DNA of 64,000 nucleotides from Paraphysomonas bandaiensis. Its lineage: Eukaryota > Protista > Chrysophyceae. Positions within the stretch are counted from its first letter, which is position 1; every line of letters starts with the position of its first letter. The notes beneath the pieces were generated by a model. It ran no database searches. It was given only the letters and a program-made list of their open reading frames with translations, and had not been told where the DNA came from. The position numbers were made by a program, and so were the translations under genes. The stretch covers positions 62,001-126,000 of the forward strand of contig CBFFRP010000395.1 in NCBI GenBank assembly GCA_965644295.1, written 5' to 3'. Positions 1 to 11,763 of this stretch are shown here, piece after piece.

Positions 1-252
1 AGCCCACAGCATATCTTGAAGAGGTACTAGTTTCAGTTTCAATACTTTCTTGAACAAATAGGGTATATTTTTGGTAATATTTCTAGATGTATCATATTTC
101 CTGAATTTCATATCCTGAAAACTGAAAACAGACGATTTTTATATGCCACAGTATGAGAATTTTATCACTTAAGATGGAACACAAGTGTACATATACATAT
201 ATATAGACAGACGATGAGTCAAATTCAGAGGATTCAATTTAAATAATAGAAT

Positions 253-2620
253 ATGAGACCAGTGAAGATTGAGATTGCAACATATGATGATGATGATTGT
301 TATAAGACTGCTAATGTTGTAATTAAAGCTAAACCAAAAGATAAAAGAAGTCAATTAGTGAATAGAGATCGTGCACCATTGCAAGTGTTGTGTTATATAT
401 GTAAGTCAATTACTACAATATGGTATGAATGGTAGATATAACAATATACGTATATATATATATATGTTACTACAATATGAATGTATGGTAGATATATACA
501 TACATAGAGATAGATATACATATATATATACGTCACAGTGTACTTGAATTCATATGAATATATATACAAGTTCATTAACTATATATTTTATAGGTTGTGC
601 AGAATTTGGACCTTCATCTATTGGAATACATAAGAAAACATGTTTACAGAAACATGCATGGGCTCTAGAAGCTAATGTATTAAACGAAGAAGGGGTATCG
701 AAAAAAAGGGGAATACGAAACCTTAAAAAATGTTGTGTACCTGGTGATGGTCCATCTAGTGACTTTCCTATTCCAACAAGTTCGACACCTATAGAAAAAT
801 TCATTGAATATAACAATGAAGCCTTACGAATTTTCTTTGAACATTCTGAGAATTGTTTATTTTGTCGTACACCATATGGTACAAGTGTAGAAGCACAACG
901 ACAAAAAGAAGTTGCATTTATAAAAGCAAAGATAGAAGAAGAAGAACGAAGAAAGAAAGAAGAAGAAGATGCTTCAAGAATAAGAATGGAATTATCTATG
1001 AAACGAAGACAATTAGAAGCAAGTAGAAGAGCTGAAGAAGAAGCTAGACTTAAAGAGGAAGAAGAGGCGGAGGAGGCTAGAAAGAAAGCAGAGGAGGAGG
1101 AGGCTAGAATGAAAGCAGAGGAGGAGGCTAGAAAGAAAGCAGAGGAGGAGGAGGCTAGAAGGAAAGCAGAGGAGGAGGAGGCTAGAAAGAAAGCTGAGGA
1201 GGAGGAGGCTAGAAAGAAAGCAGAGGAGGAGGAGGCTAGAAGGAAAGCAGAGGAGGAGGAAGCTAGAAGGAAAGCAGAGGAGGAGGAGGAGGCTAGAAGG
1301 AAAGCAGAGGAGGAGGCTAGAAAGAAAGCAGAGGAGGAGGAAGCTAGAAGGAAAGCAGAGGAGGAGGAGGCTAGAAAGAAAGCAGAGGAGGAGGAGGCTA
1401 GAAAGAAAGCTGAGGAGGAGGAGGCTAGAAGTAAAGCAGAGGAGGAGGAGGCTAGAAAGAAAGCAGAGGAGGAGGAAGCTAGAAGGAAAGCAGAGGAGGA
1501 GGAGGCTAGAAAGAAAGCAGAGGAGGAGGAGGCTAGAAGGAAAGCAGAGGAGGAAGAGGCTAGAAAGAAAGCAGAGGAGGAGGAGGCTAGAAGGAAAGCA
1601 GAGGAGGAGGAGGCTAGAATGAAAGCAGAGGAGGAGGAAGCTAGAAGGAAAGCAGAGGAGGAGGCTAGAAAGAAAGCAGAGGAGGAGGAGGCTAGAAGGA
1701 AAGCAGAGGAGGAGGAGGCTAGAAAGAAAGCAGAGGAGGAGGAAGCTAGAAGGAAAGCAGAGGAGGAGGAGGCTAGAAAGAAAGCAGAAGAGGAGGAGGA
1801 GGCTAGAAGGAAAGCAGAGGAGGAGGCTAGAAAGAAAGCAGAGGAGGAGGAGGCTAGAAAGAAAGCAGAGGAGGAGGAGGCTAGAAGGAAAGCAGAGGAG
1901 GAGGCTAGAAAGAAAGCAGAGGAGGAGGAGGAGGCTAGAAAGAAAGCAGAGGAGGAGGAGGCTAGAAGGAAAGCAGAGGAGGAGGCTAGAAAGAAAGCAG
2001 AGGAGGAGGAGGCTAGAAAGAAAGCAGAGGAGGAGGAGGCTAGAAGGAAAGCAGAGGAGGAGGCTAGAAAGAAAGCAGAGGAGGAGGAGGCTAGAAGGAA
2101 AGCAGAGGAGGAGGAGGCTAGAAGGAAAGCAGAGGAGGAGGCTAGAAGGAAAGCAGAAGCCGAAGAGGCCAGACTCTTAGCTATGCTAGAGGAATTGCGT
2201 CGTAAGAAGGAGGAAGCTGAAATTCGAAGGCTGGAGGAAGAAAGAAGAAAGGCTGAAGAAGATGAGCGGTTGCGTAAAATTGCCGAGGAAGAGGAACGTT
2301 TGGCGGAGCTAGCTGCAATGGAGAGAAGGAGACTACGTGCAGAAATGGATGCTGCACGGAGATTAGCTCGAGAGCGAGAGGAACAAGCACAGAGAGAAGC
2401 GGAAGAAGAAGCTAGACGCAAGGCAGAGGCTGAGGCCGCTGCTGCAGCATTACGCGCATCGATTGAAGCTGAAGAAGCTAGGCGTAGGCACTATGCAGAG
2501 CTAGAGCGTCGAGCTGAGTGCCGAAAGCAAGGGAAGTGGGAGCCGGGCTGGAATATTTTAGAGCTTCAAAATTATTTGCAAATGAAAAAAGAAGGTCGAA
2601 TTCCAGAGTTCCGTGAATAG
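253..2620 (+). CDS. C2HC zinc-finger (ZNF474-like) protein with a very long E/R/K single-alpha-helix repeat; exons 253-400 and 594-2620
   Basis: Splicing GTAAGT(401)..TAG(593) joins the ORFs into LCYICCAEFGPSSIGIHKKTC, a zf-C2HC motif like ZNF474 CYICGREFG..SI.IH...C. About 40 AEEEEARR/KK repeats follow. Confidence 0.75.
1066..2160 (+). repeat. Coding minisatellite, 27-bp unit (24- and 30-bp variants) GCAGAGGAGGAGGAGGCTAGAAG/AGAAA
   Basis: Directly visible tandem array; length variants differ by whole GAG codons. Confidence 0.95.
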
Positions 2621-4067
2621 AGCATGTAATATGTTACATTTGTATACATGTATGTATATAATAGTGCTTGTGTTGTGTTATTTTTGTTACTGGATATTAT
2701 TCGAAGTGAATGCACTATTATGACTGCGATAGGGTTGCCATAATCTAATGTCAGCACTATTGAGACAACTTTATCCGCAGAAATTTCTACGAGATTAAAG
2801 TACACACAATGATGAAATGAAGATTTAATGTCATATGCTGTATACATTTTATAGTGTTGCGAGTGTATTGCCTCAGTCTACATTCTACATAGATATGTAC
2901 GTAGTTTCTCTCCGACGTTTATCCAGTATCCAGTTTGACTTGGCTGAATAATGTATCTCATCCGTAACCCTCGTGCAAACAATTTATATGTAATATTTTC
3001 TGTGTACGTTCTTCTCCTAGGCTGCGGCCAGAGCACAATCGCCTGGTATATTGTAGTTAGGAATAAGCGTGTTTCTGTGAGCTTCAATAGAGGTGCTCAT
3101 TCAGGGCGGCCACCACTGTGGTAGCATTCTAATAAGCTTTAACAAAACCAGTTACCGTAGGAGGTGGTGTCATTTTTAAGCCTACTAAGCTAAAAATAGC
3201 AGTTGAGCCGTACTTAAATTTAATAGAATACATTACCGCCGTATGAGTTGTAGCGTTAGCAATTAACAACAAAACTGGCATCACCTAGTAGAGCCGTTCA
3301 AGTGAAGAGAAAATAATAGATGTTACGCTCGTATCAAAATAGTTCACATTTACTGTCGTATATAAAGATGGATCTTTATATAATGGTAAGAAAATTCTAC
3401 TTATTGTTGCTTCTATGCCTAAATGACTATCCATCATCTTACCATAATCTGTATGAGTTATCTTATATCTTATATATGACACAACTCAGATAAACACAAT
3501 CTGATATTATCATTTAATACCCTCTTTGAAATATATTTATTAATGATATGTGTTGGTGCATGCGTGGATGCATATCTACAACTGATCCAGAGCAGTGTAT
3601 TGCTAATGGTTATATATGTATCTGATTGTATGAGATAGGCTGCATTTAATTGACAGGATATTCACCCGCTGCTTCTCTCCTCACGAAACTCAGTAAGTAA
3701 CTTATGGCTTTGAAATGATATAATAATTAAAATAATGCGATTAGATTGAAACGCGAGAACTCCAACTATGCTTTTACCTTCTGATATGCACAAGCGACTT
3801 GGACTATACTCGTCATACTATGGAACTGTAACGTCTTAACATAAGGGATTTCAATTACAGTGCAGCCATTCGTATATATTCCTCCAACAGAAGTGTTCTA
3901 TGTGACATCAATATGAAAAACTAGTTAAAATTTGCTGTAAATGTGATACACTTTTATGAATATTAATTTTTGGTTATTGTATAATACAGTGACTAAAATA
4001 TTTGTAAAAGCAGAGTATTTATATGTATATATACATGTATATTATCGCCTTTAACCTGTAGCGGTTT

Positions 4068-4201
4068 CCCTTATTAAGTATAGCGTCCACTACAGTATCG
4101 ATACTATACCGTTGCTGCAAGAGATTATGGTATTGGGAGTACTTGTTGTAGAGCAACGGTATAGTATCGATATTGTAACCCGGAGTTGCACTTAATAAGG
4201 G
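4068..4201. repeat. ~134-bp imperfect palindrome (MITE-like or hairpin RNA)
   Basis: CCCTTATTAAGT/ACTTAATAAGGG outer arms and TACAGTATCGATACTATACCGTTGCT/AGCAACGGTATAGTATCGATATTGTA inner arms. Confidence 0.75.
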
Positions 4202-4271
4202 TCAAACAGCAAAGGGTGAAGGCGTTAATATGGTAATGGGTGCCATGGAATGCCTATATATAGCCTGCTGC

Positions 4272-4412
4272 TGTATGTATGTATGTATGTATGTATGTAT
4301 GTATGTATGTATGTATGTATGTATGTATGTATGTATGTATGTATGTATGTATGTATGTATGTATGTATGTATGTATGTATGTATGTATGTATGTATGTAT
4401 GTACGTATGTAC
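4272..4412. repeat. (TATG)n microsatellite upstream of MAT1
   Basis: Direct observation. Confidence 0.98.
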
Positions 4413-4624
4413 AGTATGACGGTACATCTATTCTTCATACACTCCTGCTGTCATATATACTGCTGCTATATACATATATATATACTGTACATATATAGTC
4501 AATCAGACTCAATCTAATCACACTGTACCCAGCCACCACATCACACTCTCTACACTCTTCCATGTATATATCATTTCAATGCTTCTATAATTACTAGTCA
4601 TCATATACATATATCTTATTCATA

Positions 4625-5867
4625 ATGTTACAATCTAATGATACCTTTAGCGATGTATGTGCTATGTGTAATATCGCACAGGTTACTCTCCATATACATA
4701 CATATATATACATACTAATCATATTATTATTTTATAGTCTGCAGCTGGAAATTTAACTCAAACTGTTTTATTAGTTAGTTCATTATGTGGTCATAAATTG
4801 TAAGTATCTGTATATATATGATAATGTATGATGTATTATAGTAATGAGTTTCATTTTTTGTAGTTGTCGCAAATGTACAGAAAGAACATTTGCAATGAAA
4901 CGACAATTTGCATGTCCACTATGTGGAGTTAATGTAAAAAGAAATACTTTATCTGAAAAATCACTTGATGAATTAGAAGTATCAAAAGATTTTCAGATCA
5001 GAAAACGTGTAAAATCAATGTAAGTGATATGGGCGCAACTGATTACTATAACTTATGTGTACAGATTTAACAAAAAGGAAAGTGATTTTTCTACTTTAAA
5101 AGAATATTGCGATTATCAAGAGATGGCAGAAGATATTGGTGAGTGATATGGTCGACAATCGTCGTATCTGATCAACCGTGTTTTAGTATATAATTTACTT
5201 CATGGTATTGATATCGAGATGACGGAATCACAAATTGAGTTCTACCAAAGTCAAAACTTGAGTCAGATCAGGGAAAACCAAGCTCGAGAAGCAGAAGAAG
5301 ATCGTAAAGTTTCTGAACGAATACGACAAGAAGCGAAGGAAACAGATACGAATTTACAAAGGCTACAGGAATTAGATGCGCTAAAGCGTCAACAGGAGCA
5401 AGAGCTTGAGCGCCAGAGGATGCAAATTATGATGGGGGTGAACTAAACTGCTATGCGTCTGCAATCGTCTGATGTATTTACTGTGTAGGAAAGGGACCAC
5501 CTGTCTGCAGAGGTTGCCAGCTTGGATGAAGCAGGTAAATCAATGTCGCGGTTCATGACCTTGGCATCGGGTCCAGAAGATGGCGGTGCACAGTTTAATT
5601 CCCACAATGCTTCAAATCTTCTTGAGCAGCTGCGCCGAATGCATCCACTTCCCAAGGTTGTTCCCCAGGTATACGGTCCTGTTCTTGTTGCTTTATGTAC
5701 TCTAATCTTCAATGTAGGAGCGTATTGTTATAACAGCTGGAGACCAACCTCGAAGAAGTGCTGCTGGTGGATTCTCGATTTTAATACATCAACAGAAGAA
5801 CTGGAAAGAAGCCATGTCATCGTTGGGATGCGTTGCTTCGTTGTGTGGAAATATAACGGACGTATAG
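4625..5867 (+). CDS. MNAT1: CDK-activating kinase assembly factor MAT1 (RING finger), about 7 exons
   Basis: Spliced reading CAMC..CGHKFCRKC..FACPLC..EVSKDFQIRKRVKSIFNKKESDF..EYCDYQEMAEDIVYNL and C-terminal AGG motif; GT-AG introns, e.g. at 4682, 4800, 5020, 5139. Confidence 0.88.
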
Positions 5868-6418
5868 TACGTGGATGAGCATATAGTGTATATATATGTA
5901 GCCGGTTAAGTTTTGCGTAGAAGTATGTGTCGTATTTGCTTCAAACTTTGTCAGTGAGAGCAAATTCGCCATACGCATATGAAGGACATACAATGACCAT
6001 ATCGGGGGAATGACTAGTGTGTTGTGAAAAATATGTAATACACAGCTACAAGATGTCATCGTGTGACTAGGCCATTGCAGCCTGCTGCCAAACACAATAT
6101 TTATCTCTGAAAATATTGGCATTTCAATTATTGATGTTTGATGGCATGCTCTTAATTGTACAGTTCAATGTAATGCCCAATTCTGACAGAATGAACAGCT
6201 GAATATTCTCAGCAGATTATACGGCTAATGAAAAATGAAAACATTAATTCATTTATTGTTTTCTATTACACCACTACCACAGCACAAGACATTTCAATAT
6301 TATTCACTATGATGAGCTGTCAGATATATAAACCAGCCAGTCAATACCAATGCCTCTAATTGCATTTAGATGCAACAATTTAACCGATACAATATATGTC
6401 CTCTACTTCCCTAACACC

Positions 6419-7474
6419 CTAGTTGGCTTCATCAATTTCCATGACAACATTATGTCGTTGTTTAATTAGGGTAGTAGCCTTTCCTTGGAAATACATCAGT
6501 ACAGCGAGACCAATAATGATAATCCCGCCTCCTCCGTAGATGTACTTCGCATGAAATTCCTTCTCGTCAACTGCCTTGGAAGCCACGAAAGGCGTGGGCT
6601 TAAAAGTGATAGTAGGAATACTGGTCGGGGCATGTGTGGGTGAATTGGTAGGGTAGTAAGTAAGTGTAGGTTCGGGAGTTGGTCTAGGAGTAGGCTGTGA
6701 AGTTGGTTTCTTCGTCGTCGGCTTCTTCGATGGAGCAGCAGTGGGTGCGCACTCATATGACTGGCACGTACACCAGGTGTTGGCATTTTTCACTACATAC
6801 TCCCCATCTAAGAAGCAGCAGGTCTGAGATGCGTGGCGGTACGGAATCCCATCGCAGCAGCCGTAGGTCGCCCACGTCAACAGCAGGTTGTAACAAGGAT
6901 AGTGCGTGACATATTTGTATTCGTAGGTATTGAAGCAGCCCACTTTGTCTGTCATTTCCACGCATGGTGTGGGGCTTGGTCCATTGGCAATAGTGTCAAA
7001 AGGACTAGAAGTCGGCCAAGTTGCCAGACCGCGCCTTAGGTTGTGCCCTTCTTCATCATTATCGATCTCCTCGATATCCATATTTTCTTCTGATGCATCT
7101 TGAATTCCAAGGGCCTGCTTATACTCACTGAGAGCCCTATTCGGGTTGACACTGCAATCATAACACTCAGGATATTTCTCTTCTTCAGATCTTAACCAAC
7201 GAACACATTGTCCCGCACCAAGTGGATATAATTTATTTGCACAACAAAATTCAAGATCTTTTGAATAAGGTTGACCTTGATTACAACACCCTTGAGTGGC
7301 CTTATCATATATAGGTGCTACATTCCCAGCTTGAATAGATCCACATACAAATTGAGTTTCAAGATCATATGATGTACTATGAATACATCCTGTAGTTTCT
7401 GTCATTACACATGTATTTTCAGCAGCATAAATAATATGAAACATAAGAGATAATAGAGATATAGATACTAACAT
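6419..7474 (-). CDS. Type I membrane/surface protein: signal peptide, two galaxin-like Cys-rich (CC) modules, PTxxPT mucin-like stalk, TM helix
   Basis: MLVSISLLSLMFHIIYA signal; GCCNQGQPY, FCCANKLY, GCCDGIPY, TCC; PT repeats; YIYGGGGIIIIGLAVLMYF TM. ATG at 7474 preferred over the track's alternative start. Confidence 0.75.
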   Translation of the reverse strand: MLVSISLLSLMFHIIYAAENTCVMTETTGCIHSTSYDLETQFVCGSIQAGNVAPIYDKATQGCCNQGQPYSKDLEFCCANKLYPLGAGQCVRWLRSEEEKYPECYDCSVNPNRALSEYKQALGIQDASEENMDIEEIDNDEEGHNLRRGLATWPTSSPFDTIANGPSPTPCVEMTDKVGCFNTYEYKYVTHYPCYNLLLTWATYGCCDGIPYRHASQTCCFLDGEYVVKNANTWCTCQSYECAPTAAPSKKPTTKKPTSQPTPRPTPEPTLTYYPTNSPTHAPTSIPTITFKPTPFVASKAVDEKEFHAKYIYGGGGIIIIGLAVLMYFQGKATTLIKQRHNVVMEIDEAN

Positions 7475-7783
7475 CTTATGCTGTGAATTCAACTGATATA
7501 TTCAATTATCTATAAATATTATATATGGATTGAATATACACAGTCAAGAGAATGATGTTGGATACTCTTGAATGATGTTGGATATAATGGGGTTATATTA
7601 TATAGCGTGTATAGTTTAAGTGAGTGGGGTATTGTAACAACCGAATGGTCCCGGTATACATACATATATACAATATAGCAGTGCACTGTATACAGAAAAT
7701 TTGATTTTCATGATAAGGATGGTATTACAGTATACCGGTATACAGTACGTATACGCAATATATAACTGTACCTGTATGAAATT

Positions 7784-10700
7784 ATATCCAGTCGCCGTCA
7801 AAAGTCCGAACAACCGTTTTTTGATCAAAAGTCCAAAAATGTCGTTCGAAACTCTCATATTTCTCTCACTTCAGTGACATTGAAATCCAATTAACACAAC
7901 ACTTTAACTGACCTGACACTGGAGACTTATCATTCTATGGCAATCATGGACCACTGGACACGAATATGCAACCAGATTTTCATTTCATACACTGCTTCTC
8001 TCAATATCACAAGGTTTCTTATATCGTTCCAATTCATCGAGTACCCCTCACATCCGGCACCATTTCTCAAAATCCCTACATTGAATTTTCAACATGACGA
8101 TCTTGAAAGGTTTGTATACAGATGGACTCTCACATATATGAGTGCTGTGCAATTCCTACGACTTGTTTTTGAATAATGTCTGATTTGTGTTCTTTCAGTG
8201 ACTCGTCTATGCGACTACAAGAATCTTCGCAAAAAGAACCGACAAGACGCCATAGACAAGCTCCGGGCAGCTAAATTTGCAAAAGCACAGTCGAAAGACA
8301 GCTATGGATCTGATGTTGACCTCAATAATGACTTTAGTTGGTCAAGGTTGCGCAGTTAAGCAGTGTGAACCAGTACTGCTGAGAGCAAAATATTTCTCGA
8401 AGAGTGCTCCTCAGGTAGCTGTTTTTGTCTATCTATGCGTTTATACATATTTATGAGGAACAATCTATCTTATAGGACGTAGACAAATGGTAATTGTAGC
8501 TATTCGGGTCTAGAATTGGAAGAATGAAGCGCGTGTGTTCGTTCCGGCTGGCCAGGCGTATGAGGAAGCTGTTACTGTGATCTTGTCCACTTCTGTGCCC
8601 TACGGGGATTACATAGAGACACGAAGGAGTGTAAAGAGTGTCAACATTCAAGGGAGCAAGTTTTTTAAGCAGTTCATGATAACCTCTTGGATAATATCAC
8701 TCTACCTAAAGACCAAATTAGACAATGCAAACAAGAACTAGATAGTACTATCTACATATTCGTTGCTGAATTCTTATTAACAACTGGAGTGGTAATCCGA
8801 TTAATTCGTAAGTTTTATTTCTTCATGCTCCACTCTCTTGAATTTGTAGACATAGCTAGCTAGGTTGTGGTATCATGATAGGTGATAACAGACAGTGGCT
8901 ACATAAAATCGTTTGATTGTACTACCAGCTATGCGACACATATCATGCAGCAGCACAAAATTAACTTTATTATAGTAATATACAATAACGATTGCTAATA
9001 TATTTAGTGACGATAGCTATTAGTGTACCACTACAAGAAGAAAATAATCATACAAGAGAAAAGAAATTCTCTATACTCGAGTAATTCACATCGAGTTTCT
9101 TCAATGTTCTCTCTTTTCGGTCTCTGTTTTTAACAACTACAGGGAGAATGTGTTCATCAATAATAAACATTCCGAAAGTTGCCTCTGCACTGAGTGGTTT
9201 CTTTTGTGTAGCATGTGCCTCTTCCAGCTTATCACATTCACGGTCGTCATGCTGCTCCCGAAGGGCTCGCATTTGATCCCGTGTGTCCAAGTCAGGACCG
9301 GAGCAATAATCATCCCCATTTCCGCTTGGGTTTAGTCCTTTATCATCGTTACTTTTACATTTTGAACCTTTATCATCTTGAGCAATTTCTTCCTTCTCAT
9401 CACTACCCTCAACTTCCTTCAAACCCGGCATAGCTTCATCACTCTCCTCCATATCAACGTCCTCCCAGACTGTTTCAGCGTCATCTGTAGTTTTGCTCTC
9501 AGTGCACTGTTTGATCCTGTGTGCAGGACGAAAAATAATGCTCTGTACCCATCCATTCATGTTGAACTTGAAACACTTCAACTCCTTGCATTTTCGTTCC
9601 CGGATGACAACAATATGGCTGAGTAGAGCAGGCTCTGCACTCATAGTAGCCGTGCACTCAACGGATCGTATCTTCTTCTTCTTGTTGGTAATGGCGACAG
9701 AAAGGCGGTTAAGTTTCATCAGTTTTTTCATATTCTATGTCAAAATTTTGTAAATAAAGTAACCACGAATCGCCAACTATACATACCTGTGGACAACGTG
9801 CCCGCCTCTGCTTACTATATCCTAGCATGATGTTGTGAGTATCCGAATTGGTCTTGTTCCACGGATGAAATCGGTTGCCTTGAGGATTTTCTGGTGATAC
9901 CCCTAAGATGGCACCTACTATGGCTACGCTGGATAAGGGATTGAATGCATCATTGATGGCCTCCTGCCTTCGCGCATTGACTGTGGACGGAGCATCCACA
10001 CTTTCAGGTGACACCTTTTTCAAATACCTGCCTATGGTGGAATTTGAGGGTGCCTTACGATTCTTAAGGAAGTTCCCCCCTTGCTTGTTGACAGTCCCTG
10101 CACTGGTCAGTGCTTTAACAAAATCCCCATCGGATGCAGAAGTGAATGAGTTCCCAGTTGCAGTGGCCTCATGGCTCATGTCGGACAACATTGCCACACC
10201 GTCTTCGTCCGTCCAGGTCGGGCGCCCAAGATAGCTACGATTGGGATCTAGCCCTCTTTCTCGTTTATCTTTGGCCCTACAAAGCAGATATTCCATCAGA
10301 AATACGTATGTTATGACAATAAAGAGTTACCTGAAGAACACTCCACGAGTGATGTTGTGATTGCGACAAAACTCACTAACATTACTAGGTTTATCCTTTT
10401 CATATTCATCGAGAATAGCATTGAGGTCAACATCAGATCCATAGCTGTCTTTCGACTGTGCTTTTGCAAATTTAGCTGCCCGGAGCTTGTCTATGGCGTC
10501 TTGTCGGTTCTTTTTGCGAAGATTCTTGTAGTCGCATAGACGAGTCACTGAAAGAACACAAATCAGACATTATTCAAAAACAAGTCGTAGGAATTGCACA
10601 GCACTCATATATGTGAGAGTCCATCTGTATACAAACCTTTCAAGATCGTCATGTTGAAAATTCAATGTAGGGATTTTGAGAAATGGTGCCGGATGTGAGG

Positions 10701-10979
10701 GGTACTCGATGAATTGGAACGATATAAGAAACCTTGTGATATTGAGAGAAGCAGTGTATGAAATGAAAATCTGGTTGCATATTCGTGTCCAGTGGTCCAT
10801 GATTGCCATAGAATGATAAGTCTCCAGTGTCAGGTCAGTTAAAGTGTTGTGTTAATTGGATTTCAATGTCACTGAAGTGAGAGAAATATGAGAGTTTCGA
10901 ACGACATTTTTGGACTTTTGATCAAAAAACGGTTGTTCGGACTTTTGACTTGTTCGGACTTTTGACGGCGACTGGATAT
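7784..10979. mobile_element. pogo-like (Tc1/mariner superfamily) fold-back element with ~550-bp inverted arms
   Basis: Arm 7784-8326 is the reverse complement of 10420-10979; the right arm has an extra 17-bp tandem duplication near 10933-10966. Ends are ATATCCAGTCGCCGTC..GACGGCGACTGGATAT (TA or ATAT target). Internal transposase-like gene. Confidence 0.88.
9048..10652 (-). pseudogene. Spliced, C-terminally truncated pogo-like transposase; predicted exons 10652-10637, 10547-10331, 10276-9787, 9734-9048
   Basis: All junctions are GT-AG and in frame. HTH-psq-like NVSEFCRNHNITRGVFFR, GRPT linker, PSNSTIGRYLKK, first catalytic-region HPWNKTNSDT, KIRSVECTATMSA..LLSHIVVI, NGW. No second or third catalytic Asp motif seen. 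Confidence 0.65.
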
Positions 10980-10984
10980 GTATT

Positions 10985-11475
10985 TGTATGTATGTATGTA
11001 TGTATGTATGTATGTATGTATGTATGTATGTATGTATGTATGTATGTATGTATGTATGTATGTATGTATGTATGTATGTATGTATGTATGTATGTATGTA
11101 TGTATGTATGTATGTATGTATGTATGTATGTATGTATGTATGTATGTATGTATGTATGTATGTATGTATGTATGTATGTATGTATGTATGTATGTATGTA
11201 TGTATGTATGTATGTATGTATGTATGTATGTATGTATGTATGTATGTATGTATGTATGTATGTATGTATGTATGTATGTATGTATGTATGTATGTATGTA
11301 TGTATGTATGTATGTATGTATGTATGTATGTATGTATGTATGTATGTATGTATGTATGTATGTATGTATGTATGTATGTATGTATGTATGTATGTATGTA
11401 TATATGTATGTTGTATGTATGTATGTATGTATGTATGTATGTATGTATGTATGTATGTATGTATGTATGTATGTA
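10985..11475. repeat. (TATG)n microsatellite, ~490 bp, upstream of SF3B3
   Basis: Direct observation. Confidence 0.98.
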
Positions 11476-11763
11476 CAGACAGTGTATGTGTATATGGGGT
11501 CTGTACTTTGCACATGTCGTGTGTTTGGTTTACTTCACGGTATACCAGAATACGCATTGGTATATCTCTGTGTATGTAAGGTGTATGTGAGGTGTTTATT
11601 ATTTTATTGTTTGGTAGTGAAAAGATGAGGATTCACTTATCATACATACTTGACCTCACTACTCTTTTGCACTTCAATTGACATACTGTCTATTGCATCC
11701 TTTCATACTTCAATTTTTGCATAGTGTACGAGTCATATTTGATTCACGTATTTACACTTCAGG

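Noticed and set aside
550-2421. 623-aa minus-strand Ser/Ala/Phe/Leu ORF
   Set aside because: Antisense shadow of the stop-free SAH repeat
3290-3840. Exon-like segments with GT-AG signals on the plus strand
   Set aside because: Could not assemble a stop-free frame or recognise a family; possibly a pseudogene
7937-8176. Identical 79-aa ORFs at 7937(+) and 10809(-)
   Set aside because: Consequence of the inverted arms; they overlap transposase exon 1 and intron 1 in another frame and show no motifs
10869-11628. YIHT/MYVC repeat ORFs here and at 4202-4517, 17883-18294, 27635-28249 and 38231-38883
   Set aside because: Translations of (CATA)n/(TATG)n, which has no stop codon in any frame
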